A stretch of 64,000 nt of DNA, taken from contig CBDDDZ010000005.1 of the NCBI GenBank assembly GCA_965226795.1, forward strand, positions 1,824,001-1,888,000. The letters are read 5' to 3'. Source of the stretch: Candidatus Latescibacterota bacterium (GTDB taxonomy: Bacteria > Latescibacterota > UBA2968 > GCA-2709665). Shown here in pieces: positions 39,388 to 49,860 of this stretch (positions are counted from its first letter, which is position 1; each line of letters opens with the position of its first letter). The position numbers and the translations under genes are program-made. The notes beneath the pieces are model-generated. The model was not told the DNA's origin and did no database searches. It was given only the letters and a program-made list of their open reading frames with translations.

Positions 39388-40581
39388 TTGAAAATCACCG
39401 AAGGCAGTTGTATCCGCCCCGAAGGGTTCCGCGCGTCGGGCGTCGCCTGTGGCCTCAAGCCGGAGGACAAGGATCTGGCCCTCATCGCGTCCAGCAGACC
39501 GGCGGCGGCTGCGGGTGTGTTTACAACCAACCAGGTACAGGCGGCCCCGATCCAGGTCAACCGGGAACACCTGGCGGACCATACCGCCCAGGCCATTATC
39601 ATCAACAGCAAGAACGCAAATGCCTGCACGGGGGAACGGGGGTTGGCCGATGCCCGGCAGACGGCGCGCGAGGTGGCGGGTGAACTCGACATCGCGCCGG
39701 AAGACGTGCTTGTCAACTCGACGGGTGTGATCGGTGTGCCACTTCCCATAGATAAAATCCGCGCGGGCATTCCGGCGGCAGTCCGCGACCTTCGCGACGA
39801 TGGCTGGGCGGACGCCGCCGCCGCAATCATGACCACCGATACGGCGCCGAAGCCGGCGTCTACGCAAATGCGGCTGGACGGGCGCACAGTCACCATCTGC
39901 GGCATCGCGAAGGGGGCCGGTATGATCGCCCCCGACATGGCCACTATGCTCGGGTTTGTCGTGACGGACGCCGCAATGGATCCAGGGCGGCTTGAAACAT
40001 GTCTCCGCGCCGCCGCAGGCCGGTCTTTCAACTGCATTACGGTGGACGGCGACACAAGTACGAACGACACGGTGCTCCTGCTGGCCAACGGCGCCGCTTG
40101 CGAACGTCCACTGTCTGCCAGCGACGTGGATTCCTTTCAAACGGGACTGAACGCCGTCTGCGGCAGCCTGGCCAGGCAGATCGCCCGCGACGGGGAAGGC
40201 GCAACCAAGCTCATCACCATCCGGGTCGCGGGAGCCGCGTCCTCTCGAGATGCGCGAACCATCGGCCTGTCCGTGGGCAATTCGAACCTCGTCAAGACCG
40301 CAGTCTTCGGCAGAGACCCGAACTGGGGCCGTATCCTCTGTGCAATCGGGTATGCGGGCGTGCCGGTCGAACCCGGCAAGATCTCCGTTTCGATGGCCGG
40401 CATTCCCATCTACGGCGACGGAGGCGGCCTGCCTTTCGATTCCGAGGAAGCAATACGGGCATTGTCGGCGACGGATGTGGATATCGAAATCAAGCTCGGC
40501 CAGGGAGCCGAAAGCGCCACAATTTACACATGCGACCTGACATACGACTACGTCAGGATCAACGCCGAATACACCACCTGA
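39388..40581 (+). CDS. argJ: Ornithine acetyltransferase / N-acetylglutamate synthase
   Basis: NSKNANACTG, STGVIG, IMTTDT, KGAGMIAPDMATML, DGDTSTND, DGEGATK, DPNWGRI, DLTYDYVRINAEY. Confidence 0.96.
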   Translation: MKITEGSCIRPEGFRASGVACGLKPEDKDLALIASSRPAAAAGVFTTNQVQAAPIQVNREHLADHTAQAIIINSKNANACTGERGLADARQTAREVAGELDIAPEDVLVNSTGVIGVPLPIDKIRAGIPAAVRDLRDDGWADAAAAIMTTDTAPKPASTQMRLDGRTVTICGIAKGAGMIAPDMATMLGFVVTDAAMDPGRLETCLRAAAGRSFNCITVDGDTSTNDTVLLLANGAACERPLSASDVDSFQTGLNAVCGSLARQIARDGEGATKLITIRVAGAASSRDARTIGLSVGNSNLVKTAVFGRDPNWGRILCAIGYAGVPVEPGKISVSMAGIPIYGDGGGLPFDSEEAIRALSATDVDIEIKLGQGAESATIYTCDLTYDYVRINAEYTT

Positions 40582-40683
40582 CCGGATGCCGTGCAAGATT
40601 GTTGGAACGGAAACGCAGGGTGGTCCCCGCAGCCGCGGCCTGACGTTTCCCGAATCGCCCACGTGTCGATCTCAACCCGAACC

Positions 40684-41877
40684 ATGGACAATTCCGTCTC
40701 GTCATTTTCCGATCGCGTGCTCAACGTCGACGAATCGCTTACCGTAGCCACCTTTGCCAGAATGGGTGAGTTGAAACGCCGGGGTGTGGATCTCATTTCC
40801 ATGGTTGCGGGAGAACCCGATTTTGACACCCCGCAAAACATCAAGGACGCCGGTATCCACGCCATCGTTACCGGGAACACCAAATACACCGCGCCCGCAT
40901 CGGGCCTGCCCGAACTCAAACAGGCAATCGCAAAAAAACTGGATCGAGAAAACAACCTGGGCTACGACCCATCGCAGATCGTCGTTACCTGTGGCGCCAA
41001 GCAGGTAATCTTCGACGCGGTCGTCGCGCTGATCAACCCCGGCGACGAGGCCATAATTCCCTCTCCGTTCTGGGTTAGCTACGCTGACCAGGTCAGACTG
41101 ATGGGCGGGCGGCCGGTCATTCTGAAAACAACGGAGGAGACGGGTTTCCGGCTCAGCCCCCGAAAGCTTGCGGATGCCATTACGCCGCGTACCAAGCTCG
41201 TACTTCTGAACAGCCCGTGTAATCCAACCGGTGAAGTCTACTCGCCCGATGAGCTGAGCGCCCTGGCAGACGTCGTCGCAGCGGCCGGCATCTACGTTAT
41301 CTCGGACGAAATTTATGAAAAAATCGTCTATGACGGCACCAAGCACGTTTCCATTGCCGCTCTGCATCCTGAAGTCAAATGCAGAACACTGCTTGTCAAC
41401 GGCTTCTCCAAGGCCTATGCGATGACGGGCTGGCGAGTGGGCTATGGCGCCGGTCCTCCCGATCTGATGAAACTGATCGCCAAGGTACAGAGTCAGGAAA
41501 CCACGAACACGTGCACAATTTCCCAGTATGCGGCCATCGAAGCGCTTAATGGAACCCAGGAAAGCGTGGAAACCATGCGAACCGCATTCCAGGAACGCCG
41601 CAATCTGATCGTCAGCCGCCTGAACCGCATGCCGGGCGTCTCGTGTCGGCTTCCCCAGGGCGCTTTTTACGCCTTTCCAAACGTGTCCGCTCTGTACGAC
41701 CAACGTATCAGGAACGACGTCGACCTCGCCAATTACCTGCTGGAAGAGGCCGAGACGGGCTGCGTACCCGGCAGCGGCTTCGGTTCCGGCGACCACCTGC
41801 GATTCTCATATGCCGCGTCTTTACCAAGGATTCACGAGGCCATGGACCGAATCGAGGCCGCCATCAGGCAAATTTAA
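40684..41877 (+). CDS. aspC: Aspartate aminotransferase (class I)
   Basis: AGEPDFDTP, GAKQ, PFWVSY, LNSPCNPTG, SDEIYE, NGFSKAYAMTGWRVGY. Confidence 0.85.
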   Translation: MDNSVSSFSDRVLNVDESLTVATFARMGELKRRGVDLISMVAGEPDFDTPQNIKDAGIHAIVTGNTKYTAPASGLPELKQAIAKKLDRENNLGYDPSQIVVTCGAKQVIFDAVVALINPGDEAIIPSPFWVSYADQVRLMGGRPVILKTTEETGFRLSPRKLADAITPRTKLVLLNSPCNPTGEVYSPDELSALADVVAAAGIYVISDEIYEKIVYDGTKHVSIAALHPEVKCRTLLVNGFSKAYAMTGWRVGYGAGPPDLMKLIAKVQSQETTNTCTISQYAAIEALNGTQESVETMRTAFQERRNLIVSRLNRMPGVSCRLPQGAFYAFPNVSALYDQRIRNDVDLANYLLEEAETGCVPGSGFGSGDHLRFSYAASLPRIHEAMDRIEAAIRQI

Positions 41878-41910
41878 AGGCCCGGATCCCATCGGAAAGG
41901 ACACCTGACG

Positions 41911-42876
41911 ATGAAGGACAAGAAGAAAACATACCTGGATTTCGAGCGTCCCATTGCGGCACTGGATAAGAAAATCGAGGACCTCAAGACCCGCGCCGAA
42001 ACCGAAAACATCGACATGTCCGCCGAACTGTCCACCCTGGAAAAACGGCTTCAAAAGGTGGAAAAGGAAATCTACTCGGATATGAGCCGGTGGCAAATTT
42101 ACCAGGTGGCGGGGCACCCCCAGCGTCCGCACACATTGGATTACATTCGATTGATGCTCACCGACTTTATGGAACTCCACGGAGATCGGACCTATGGAGA
42201 CGATCCGGCAGTTGTGAGCGGCTTCGCCCGGCTCGACGGACAGCCCATCCTGGTCCTGGGTACGCAGAAAGGACGCAATACGAGGGAGAATATTCATCGA
42301 AACTTTGGCATGGCCCACCCGGAAGGATACAGAAAGGCCCTTCGCGTCATGAAACTCGCCGCAAAGTTCAAACGTCCCGTCCTCTGTCTGATCGATACGC
42401 CCGGGGCTTACCCGGGCATCGGATCGGAGGAACGGAGCGTTTCGGAAGCCATCGCCAGGAATCTCTTAGAGATTTTCCGGCTTCCGGTTCCCATCATTGT
42501 GGTCATTATCGGCGAGGGCGCAAGCGGCGGCGCACTTGGCATCGGCGTCGGCGACCGAATCCTGATGCTGGAAAACGCATGGTACTCTGTGATCAACCCC
42601 CAATCCTGTTCTCTGATTCTCTGGCGGAATCGGGACAAGAGAGAAGAAGCCGCCGAAGCGCTGAAGATTACCGCGCCGGACCTGGTCCCCTTCGGGATTG
42701 TCGATAGAATAGTACCTGAGCCCTTTGGCGGCGCTCACAGAGATCCTGTAACGGCAGGTCAAAACCTGAAGCGTATTTTACTGGACGAACTTCAGAATCT
42801 CCTGCGCACGCGCCCCGATATTCTTGTCCGCGAAAGGGTCGACAAATTCGGTCGGATGGGGGTATGGGACGAGTGA
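41911..42876 (+). CDS. accA: Acetyl-CoA carboxylase carboxyltransferase alpha subunit
   Basis: [52 protein letters not shown]. Confidence 0.97.
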   Translation: MKDKKKTYLDFERPIAALDKKIEDLKTRAETENIDMSAELSTLEKRLQKVEKEIYSDMSRWQIYQVAGHPQRPHTLDYIRLMLTDFMELHGDRTYGDDPAVVSGFARLDGQPILVLGTQKGRNTRENIHRNFGMAHPEGYRKALRVMKLAAKFKRPVLCLIDTPGAYPGIGSEERSVSEAIARNLLEIFRLPVPIIVVIIGEGASGGALGIGVGDRILMLENAWYSVINPQSCSLILWRNRDKREEAAEALKITAPDLVPFGIVDRIVPEPFGGAHRDPVTAGQNLKRILLDELQNLLRTRPDILVRERVDKFGRMGVWDE

Positions 42877-42930
42877 CACACGCTTGCCGCGGAGAACCCG
42901 AACCGTATGTACTCCAGGCGTCAATTTGAG

Positions 42931-42964
42931 CAAAAAATGGGCCACCGTTTGCCCATTTTTTTTG
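42931..42964 (+). terminator. Intrinsic terminator after accA
   Basis: CAAAAAATGGGC / GCCCATTTTTTTTG. Confidence 0.8.
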
Positions 42965-43176
42965 GACATTATGTCTCTCAACGACAGGCTTTCACTAACT
43001 TGCTGTTTACGTGGGGCGTTCCGAAATTTGATCAAATCTGAGGATATTTGTGAGAGAAAATGGCGCCCTGAACGCCGCCCGCAACACAGAAAAAAATTAT
43101 CACGTCCAGCCATTTGTGTACCAATATCTTATGCGCCAGTCACGAGAATTGTATCTCCTTTTGCTCAAATAATCCC

Positions 43177-43205
43177 TTGACGACACCGCAATCGGAGTAT
43201 ATATT
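43177..43205 (+). promoter_or_regulatory. sigma70-type promoter with no downstream protein gene
   Basis: TTGACG (43177-43182) - 17 nt - TATATT (43200-43205). Confidence 0.7.
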
Positions 43206-43211
43206 TCGAAA

Positions 43212-43785
43212 TGTTCTTACAAAGAGACCGCTTTCTCGTAAGATATTGTCTTGGCGTAAGTTGCATCATCGGATCCGTGCGTCTCTTTGTGGGTGTCCCG
43301 CGGAGAAAGAGCGCAGTTTCGAGACGGAACCGGGGGTTTGCCGCGGTTCTTTTGATGTCGGGCCGAGGCCCATAAAATACCTATTCGTGAGCATGGAAAT
43401 TGGGCGTCGGTGGTGCCTCGTTTTGCAGACAGTAAGCGGTTTAATGGGCGGTATGGTCGTAACTGGAATACGCTACGGCACTTGATCCATCCCGGGGGAA
43501 GTTGAAAGCACCGGCTCTTTGGTTGGCGGCAGTCTTATTGGGGGAGATAATACTGCCGGCTGCACCAATTAGATAGAACTGCTGCTTTTCTTCTTTCGCA
43601 TCGTGGCTCTGTGCCGACACGTTGCTCCTGTGCGTCCATCCGCCCATTTTAATTTGGCCCGAATGTACTCTCCTGGGTCAATTGGGCCGCTCTCGCCGCC
43701 GCCCGGCCCGCCAGACAGCGAGTTTCGCGCGTACTATACACCATTAGGGGGTATAGCACGTCTCGCGTTCACGCCCTTCCCCGCA
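43212..43785 (+). ncRNA. Candidate large structured non-coding RNA, family not recognised
   Basis: Own promoter; about 10 nested helices, many with G-U pairs that work only on the + strand (see findings); no credible long ORF; ends approximate. Confidence 0.6.
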
Positions 43786-43829
43786 GCCCTCCCGGTGACC
43801 GAACGCCGGTGCTTGTCCCGGTCGAGCCT

Positions 43830-46196
43830 TCACGGCTCCTCAAGCCATCCGCGCGCGTCAATACCCTGCTCATCGATGTGAATCTCTATGGCGCCCATCA
43901 GATCGGTCCGGTAAATTGGAATTCCCATTGCCTCGTAACGCTGGATCACCTCACGGGACGGATGGCGGAATTTATTTCTGATCCCGCACGAGACCGCGAC
44001 AAGTTCGGGACGCACGGCGCTCAGAAAGGGGGCGGTGGACGAGGTGCGGGATCCGTGGTGCGCCGCCTTCAGCACCTGGGCGTGAAGCCGGTCCCCCCAC
44101 CGCAGGAGATCCGAATCGGTCTCATGTTCGATGTCGCCCGTCAGCAAGACGGCGAAACCTCTGTACGTCAAACTGATTACCACGGAACCGTTGTTGAGGC
44201 CATGCGGGGCCCGGCCATTATGCGAGACATAGTCCGGTGTCGGGTGCAGAACCAGGGCGTCAACTTCACCCAGTCCCGCGAGCCGGTCCCCCGCCTCCAC
44301 TGCGGCATAACGTATGCCCTTCTCCTGGACCAGCGTTCGGATCCGACGGGCCGTCCAGGAATCGTAATGTTGTCCGGCGTCCAGGTACCAACCTACCTCT
44401 ACCCTCTCCAAAAGCGTCACGAATCCGCCGATGTGATCGCTGTGCGGGTGGGAAGCGACCACAGCGTCGATACGGTCAATCCCCTCCGCCTTCAGAAACG
44501 GGATCAGTACCCGTTCCCCCATATCGATGTTCACTGCACGCAAACCGCTGTCAACCAGCAGGGTCCTCCCATTCGGAAACCTCAGAAAGATTCCGTCACC
44601 CTGTCCCACGTCCAGTACCAGCATCCGCAAGCCCGCGGGACACAGCCAGATACCCGACCACACCCAGAGATTCGCCAGGGACAACGCCACGAGCACAAGC
44701 CGGCGGCCCCATCGGTGGGACCTCGCTCCGGGCAGGATCAGGAGCGCCGCACAGAGATACAATCCCAAAACAGTCCATCCGGGCCTTGGTACTTCGACGG
44801 CTGCCCATGCTGGCTCGGCGAACAAGGTCGCGGCCTGAATGGCGCCCTTCAAGACGATCCAATTCGCGCCATTCAACAACGCCGCGATCGGCGACGACAC
44901 GTGAAAAACGATCACCCCAAGCAGCCCCAGCGCGACGGCAGCCGCCATTAAGGGCACCACGACGAGATTGGCGAGCACCGAGACGACCGAGAGTAAACCA
45001 AAATAGATCAGAACAAAGGGCAGCGTGCCCACCTGCGCGGCCACCGACACCGCAAGTGGCGTCCATACCCATTGGCCCAGGCCACCCGCACGGCCGGCGG
45101 GCAGCCAGGCCCGGATCGGTCTATAGAATAGAAGGATACCCCCGGTGGCGGAGAATGAGAGTTGAAAGCCCACGTCGAACAGATCCTGAGGCCTGAATAT
45201 CAGAATGAGAAAGCCCGCCAGGCCGAGTGAATTCAGCCCCTCTCCCTGTGTGTTTCCCAGGCGACCCAAAATGGCAATCGCGCTCATCATGGAGGCTCTG
45301 ACCACCGACGGCGGCAACCCTGTAACCAGCGCATAGAGCAGCACGGCGCAAACGGTTGCCCAGGCTGTGGTTCTCCTGCCGCATCCGAACGCGCCGAGGC
45401 CGAAAAACACCACCGCGGCAATCAGACCCACGTGTAAGCCCGAAACAGCCAGCACGTGGTTGACGCCGGCCCGGGTGAACGCGGTACGCACGTCGTCGGG
45501 CACCCCGCGTTTCTCGCCCAGCAATATCCCGTTCAGCAGTCCTGCCGCTCCACCGGACAGGTTGCACGCCACGCCCCGGCGGACGCCCCTGCGCACGGGC
45601 AACACCACATACGTCCACAGCCACCCTCCCTTGCCCCTGTGGGTGTCCAGGATCTGTTCGCTCCTGGACACGGAACCCATTACGTGGATTCCCTTTCGTT
45701 CCAGAAACGCTCGGTAGTCGAACGCGCCCGGGTTTCTGGCCGGCTGCGGCCGGCGAAGGTGGATCCGCGCCACCAGACGGTCTCCGTAGTCCACGTCCGG
45801 CCGGAACTTTCGAACCCGCACGAGGACCGTTCCTCGAATCGAAAACACCGTATCCCGGAAGGTCACCCGCTCCGCAGCCAGCCTAAGACGCAATCCGTCT
45901 TCCATCCATTCGGGTTCCTCGGCGACGCGCCCGTCGAGCACCACCGGATCGTTTCGTCCGGCAAACCGGGCGATATGGTCTTCGGGCAACCATTCCATAA
46001 CGCTTTCATACCTCATTGCCCCCAATACTAACAAGAGGGCTCCCGGCCACGCGGAACTCCTTTTCCAGCGTACCAGTAACACGATCCAGAGTGCGAGGCC
46101 CCCGGTCCATAACGCCCAGACCGGTATCTCCCATCGATGTGCCACGAGCACCCCGGTAGCAAAAAACGCCGCAGATAGCAATGCCGGACGTCGCAT
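43830..46196 (-). CDS. comEC: DNA internalization competence protein ComEC/Rec2
   Basis: RNPGAFDY, HVLAVSGLHVG, SVVRA, GFQLSF, LDVGQGD, SHPHSDHIGG, LTGD, HHGS, FRHP. Confidence 0.95.
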   Translation of the reverse strand: MRRPALLSAAFFATGVLVAHRWEIPVWALWTGGLALWIVLLVRWKRSSAWPGALLLVLGAMRYESVMEWLPEDHIARFAGRNDPVVLDGRVAEEPEWMEDGLRLRLAAERVTFRDTVFSIRGTVLVRVRKFRPDVDYGDRLVARIHLRRPQPARNPGAFDYRAFLERKGIHVMGSVSRSEQILDTHRGKGGWLWTYVVLPVRRGVRRGVACNLSGGAAGLLNGILLGEKRGVPDDVRTAFTRAGVNHVLAVSGLHVGLIAAVVFFGLGAFGCGRRTTAWATVCAVLLYALVTGLPPSVVRASMMSAIAILGRLGNTQGEGLNSLGLAGFLILIFRPQDLFDVGFQLSFSATGGILLFYRPIRAWLPAGRAGGLGQWVWTPLAVSVAAQVGTLPFVLIYFGLLSVVSVLANLVVVPLMAAAVALGLLGVIVFHVSSPIAALLNGANWIVLKGAIQAATLFAEPAWAAVEVPRPGWTVLGLYLCAALLILPGARSHRWGRRLVLVALSLANLWVWSGIWLCPAGLRMLVLDVGQGDGIFLRFPNGRTLLVDSGLRAVNIDMGERVLIPFLKAEGIDRIDAVVASHPHSDHIGGFVTLLERVEVGWYLDAGQHYDSWTARRIRTLVQEKGIRYAAVEAGDRLAGLGEVDALVLHPTPDYVSHNGRAPHGLNNGSVVISLTYRGFAVLLTGDIEHETDSDLLRWGDRLHAQVLKAAHHGSRTSSTAPFLSAVRPELVAVSCGIRNKFRHPSREVIQRYEAMGIPIYRTDLMGAIEIHIDEQGIDARGWLEEP

Positions 46197-46374
46197 CACC
46201 GTTCCCTCCGTTTCGCGCCCATATCCCTGCACGCAGCGGCAAATCACGTGCCACTTCAGATGACGCCGGATCTTCCGGTTTTCGCGCTGCCATATGGAAC
46301 GATCCGTTCAACAGGGGCCTCAAAACGTTCACCGTGCCCCGTCCCCGGGGCAGAACGCCTCCTGGAACAATCAA

Positions 46375-46403
46375 TTGACATTCCCCGATGTAGATGCTAT
46401 ATT
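46375..46403 (+). promoter_or_regulatory. sigma70-type promoter of the truA operon
   Basis: TTGACA (46375-46380) - 17 nt - TATATT (46398-46403) with extended TGn. Confidence 0.75.
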
Positions 46404-46496
46404 TCGTAGAAATCCCATCGGCCACCGACCTGCTTTTTGGCAAATGCAAAATATACTCCCTAGGCGTCCCCGACAATTCAAGCCGATCCAGCGTTA

Positions 46497-47243
46497 ATGC
46501 AACGGAATATTCGGCTCCGGCTGGAATACGACGGTACGGATTTCAAGGGCTGGCAGATTCAACCCGACCAGCGCACGGTCCAGGGAACCCTTGAAACGTG
46601 TCTGGCTACGCTGATGGGACATCCCGTCCGCGCCATCGGCGCAGGGCGCACGGATGCAGGCGTTCACGCGCTGGAGCAGGTGGCCAATTTTTCCACGATC
46701 AATCCGCTGCCAATGCAACGAATCTTGGCCGCGCTCAATAGCAGACTGCCGCCCGATGTGGTCGTTCTCGACGTAGACGAAGTTCCACCGGCGTTTGATG
46801 CACGGCGCAGCGCGAGGCGTCGAACATACCTGTACCGCATCGCATACCGGCGCCGGGCTATCGGTCGTGGACAGGCGTGGCACCTGCGCAGCAGGCTGAA
46901 TGTCGACGCGATGCGATCCGCGGCGAACCGCACGTTGGGTTATCACGACTTCACGTCGTTCTGCGTGGCTTCCTCCGAGAAGGAGAACCGGAACTGCCGC
47001 GTCTTTGAGTGCATTCTGGCCTGCATCGATGACGCCGTCCACGTGGAAATTTCGGCCGACCGCTTTTTGCGGTCTATGGTGCGTGGAATTGTCGGCACCC
47101 TGGTTCAGGTGGGAAGAGGCAGACGTACGCCGGACGCGATGGACACGATTCTGCAGGCCCGAGACAGGCAGTGTGCCGGGCCCAACGCCCCGCCCCACGG
47201 CCTCTTTTTAAAAAAAGTTTCTTACGAAGAACCGGAAGAATAG
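46497..47243 (+). CDS. truA: tRNA pseudouridine(38-40) synthase
   Basis: EYDGTDFKGWQ, GAGRTDAGVHA, HDFTSF, FLRSMVR, APPHGLFL. Confidence 0.96.
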   Translation: MQRNIRLRLEYDGTDFKGWQIQPDQRTVQGTLETCLATLMGHPVRAIGAGRTDAGVHALEQVANFSTINPLPMQRILAALNSRLPPDVVVLDVDEVPPAFDARRSARRRTYLYRIAYRRRAIGRGQAWHLRSRLNVDAMRSAANRTLGYHDFTSFCVASSEKENRNCRVFECILACIDDAVHVEISADRFLRSMVRGIVGTLVQVGRGRRTPDAMDTILQARDRQCAGPNAPPHGLFLKKVSYEEPEE

Positions 47244-47246
47244 GAC

Positions 47247-48392
47247 GTGCGGCGACCGGTTTGGATCGTTCTTGAAAGCGTCTTTGCGGCATTGTTTCTG
47301 GCATTTGCCGCTGAAAATCCACCGGGGGTGGCGACTCCGGCTTTCGCCGCGGGTCCCGAAATTGACGCCTCCAGGAAAAACGCCATCGTCCGGGCCGTCG
47401 AAAGGGTGGCGCCTTCGGTCGTGGGGGTAACCACCCTTACCCTCGAACGATACGACGTCCGGTATGTGCATCCGTTTTTTGATTTCTATTGGTATCCCGG
47501 AACCGTTCACAAAAGCCGGCCGGGGATCGGGTCCGGCGTTGTGATCCGATCCGACGGGTACATACTGACCAACTACCATGTCGTCGAAGGCGCGCGGGAA
47601 ATCACGGTCACGTTCTCGGATGGCCGGAGCTTTAAGGTTCAGGACACGCGAAAAGACGTGATGGTCGACCGCGGCGCCGACCTGGCGGTTATTCGCGTGA
47701 ACGCGGAAGATCTCCCGGTTCCGGACCTGGGAGATTCCAAAGACGTCATTATCGGCGAATGGGCAATCGCCATCGGCAACCCCTTTGGGCTGCTCATCGA
47801 AAATCCCGAACCGACCGTAACCGTCGGCGTCGTGAGTGCGGTTAACCGCAATCTGAAACTGGAACAGGATGAGGGTGGTCATTCCTATTCCAATATGATC
47901 CAGACCGACGCGTCCATCAACCCGGGCAACAGTGGCGGTCCACTGGTCAACGGCGTCGGCCAGGTCATCGGCATCAACACCTTCATCTTCACAAAAAGCG
48001 GGGGTTCCCTCGGCATCGGTTTCGCACTCCCCATCAACCGGGCGAAAAAGATCGCCGACAGGCTGATTGCAGGGGGCGTTCAGGAGTTCAGGACCGGTTT
48101 CGAGTTGCACCCGAACCTGACCCGAGGGCTGGCGAACGCGTTGGGGTTGTACACGCATCGGGGCGCCCTGATTACGCGTGTGGCAGACAACAGCCCGGCA
48201 TCTCGAGCAAGGCTGAACCCCGGCGACCTAATTATCTCAGTAAACGGCCTTGCCGTACGAAGCGCCGACGACGTGGACGGGGCCTTCCAGGACGCACGAA
48301 TCGGGGACACCCTTACATTGGAAATTCTACGTGGCAGGCTGCGTTTTGCAGCCCGTCTGCTGCCGGAGCAAACGCCTGCCGGCCAACAATAG
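47247..48392 (+). CDS. HtrA/DegP-family serine protease with one PDZ domain
   Basis: GSGVVI..GYILTNYHV, DLAVI, IQTDASINPGNSGGPL, GIGFA, PDZ SPA..ARL.PGDLI. Confidence 0.92.
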   Translation: MRRPVWIVLESVFAALFLAFAAENPPGVATPAFAAGPEIDASRKNAIVRAVERVAPSVVGVTTLTLERYDVRYVHPFFDFYWYPGTVHKSRPGIGSGVVIRSDGYILTNYHVVEGAREITVTFSDGRSFKVQDTRKDVMVDRGADLAVIRVNAEDLPVPDLGDSKDVIIGEWAIAIGNPFGLLIENPEPTVTVGVVSAVNRNLKLEQDEGGHSYSNMIQTDASINPGNSGGPLVNGVGQVIGINTFIFTKSGGSLGIGFALPINRAKKIADRLIAGGVQEFRTGFELHPNLTRGLANALGLYTHRGALITRVADNSPASRARLNPGDLIISVNGLAVRSADDVDGAFQDARIGDTLTLEILRGRLRFAARLLPEQTPAGQQ

Positions 48393-48436
48393 AAACTGGA
48401 AAAAACAGAAGCCCCGAATTTCGGAGCCATTCCGCT

Positions 48437-49153
48437 ATGAGAAAGAGGGCCGCCGTCCCCAGCATGGTTACACTTTGCAACCTTTGTTGTGGTTTCCTGT
48501 CAATCGCCTATGCCATAGACGGGAAGCTGGTCCCGGCGGCATGGTTAATCGTTATCGCGGGCTTTCTCGATGCCTTCGACGGCAAACTCGCCCGCCTGAT
48601 CGATTCGCCCAGCAACTTCGGCGTTCAGTTCGACTCTCTGTCCGATATCTGCTCGTTCGGCGTGGCTCCCGCCGTTCTGATGTTTCAGTACTTACAGGGT
48701 CTGCTGGACGCCATGTGGATGCCGTTCGCGGCCTGCTTTCTGTTCCTTCTGTGCGGCGCACTCCGGCTGGCGAGGTTCAACGTTCAGCTAAAGGGAGACG
48801 AAAAGGAGGACTTTGTCGGCCTGCCCATTCCCTCTGCCGCCGCAACAATGGCCGCTTACGTCGTCTTTGCGGAACGGGTCTGGCAGAGCACCCGTGAACC
48901 CCATGTCGCCCTTCTGCTGTGCGTTGTTCTGGGCCTTCTGATGATCAGTCAGTTCGGATATCCCGCATTTCCCCGATTCAGCATTGAAACGCGGAGGGAC
49001 CGCTGGAGACTGTCGCTCGCCATTACCGCGTTTATCCCGGTCGCGCTTTTCCCGGACGAAGCATTTTTCCCCATGGCATTTGCATTTTCAATCTCCGGCG
49101 CCCTTCGGTGGCTGTCGCATCTCATTGTACATCGAGAAGTGGCGGATATCTGA
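48437..49153 (+). CDS. pssA: CDP-diacylglycerol--serine O-phosphatidyltransferase
   Basis: PSMVTLCNL, DAFDGKLAR..SNFGVQFDSLSD..SFGVAP, LRLARFN, FVGLPIP. Confidence 0.93.
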   Translation: MRKRAAVPSMVTLCNLCCGFLSIAYAIDGKLVPAAWLIVIAGFLDAFDGKLARLIDSPSNFGVQFDSLSDICSFGVAPAVLMFQYLQGLLDAMWMPFAACFLFLLCGALRLARFNVQLKGDEKEDFVGLPIPSAAATMAAYVVFAERVWQSTREPHVALLLCVVLGLLMISQFGYPAFPRFSIETRRDRWRLSLAITAFIPVALFPDEAFFPMAFAFSISGALRWLSHLIVHREVADI

Positions 49154-49185
49154 AACAACCTGGAACCTGAGTGGAGCGGAAGTCG

Positions 49186-49467
49186 ATGAGGAACAAAAGT
49201 ATCGGTTTCCTGATTGTAGCGATCTTCCTGGGCATCCTGGCAAGCCAGGTCTTCGGCGCGGTCTTGAACGTGATCTTCGGCAGCCTCGGCCTGGAAGATA
49301 ACATGGTATCCAAGGTGCTAGTGGATCCTCTGGTCGCCTACGAATTCTACCCGATGCGCCTTAACCTGATGGTGATGACGCTCACTCTTGGCCTTTCTCT
49401 CAATTTCAACGTACTCAGCCTGATCGGCATCGGAACCGGATACTATTACGTCAAGTATTCCTACTGA
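49186..49467 (+). CDS. Small membrane protein (DUF4321-like)
   Basis: 93 aa, hydrophobic N- and C-termini, 'LNLMVMTLTLGLSLNFNVLSLIG'. Confidence 0.65.
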   Translation: MRNKSIGFLIVAIFLGILASQVFGAVLNVIFGSLGLEDNMVSKVLVDPLVAYEFYPMRLNLMVMTLTLGLSLNFNVLSLIGIGTGYYYVKYSY

Positions 49468-49623
49468 TTGACAGTCGTGTCGGTTCGAACACAAGGTCGG
49501 ACCGCGCCGTTGCACTTTGAGGATCCCACGGACGCCCGCCGGATTTCGGCAGCCACGGAGTCATCGCCGACCGACACCGCCGGAAGCGTGTGCGGCCGTT
49601 CTTCACAAAATGCGAGGTGATCC

Positions 49624-49848
49624 ATGCTGGGTGGAATCGGAACATGGGAAATTCTCCTGATCTTCCTGGTTATCCTTCTGCTTTTCGGGGCCAAACGCAT
49701 TCCGGATATCGCCAAAAGCGTTGGCAAAGGGGTTACGGAATTCAAGAGAGGCCTCCGGGACATCCAGGATGAAATCGAAACCGGAGTGGATCCACCCGCC
49801 AAATCCGCCGACAAAACAACAAATACGGAAAAAACAGCCAAACCGTAA
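49624..49848 (+). CDS. tatA: Twin-arginine translocase TatA
   Basis: GIGTWEILLIFLVILLLFGAKRIPDIAKSVGKGVTEFK. Confidence 0.95.
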   Translation: MLGGIGTWEILLIFLVILLLFGAKRIPDIAKSVGKGVTEFKRGLRDIQDEIETGVDPPAKSADKTTNTEKTAKP

Positions 49849-49860
49849 CTGGGAGGCAAG

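Noticed and set aside
43212..43785. RNase P, tmRNA or group II intron assignment
   Set aside because: Diagnostic conserved motifs were not found by eye on either strand
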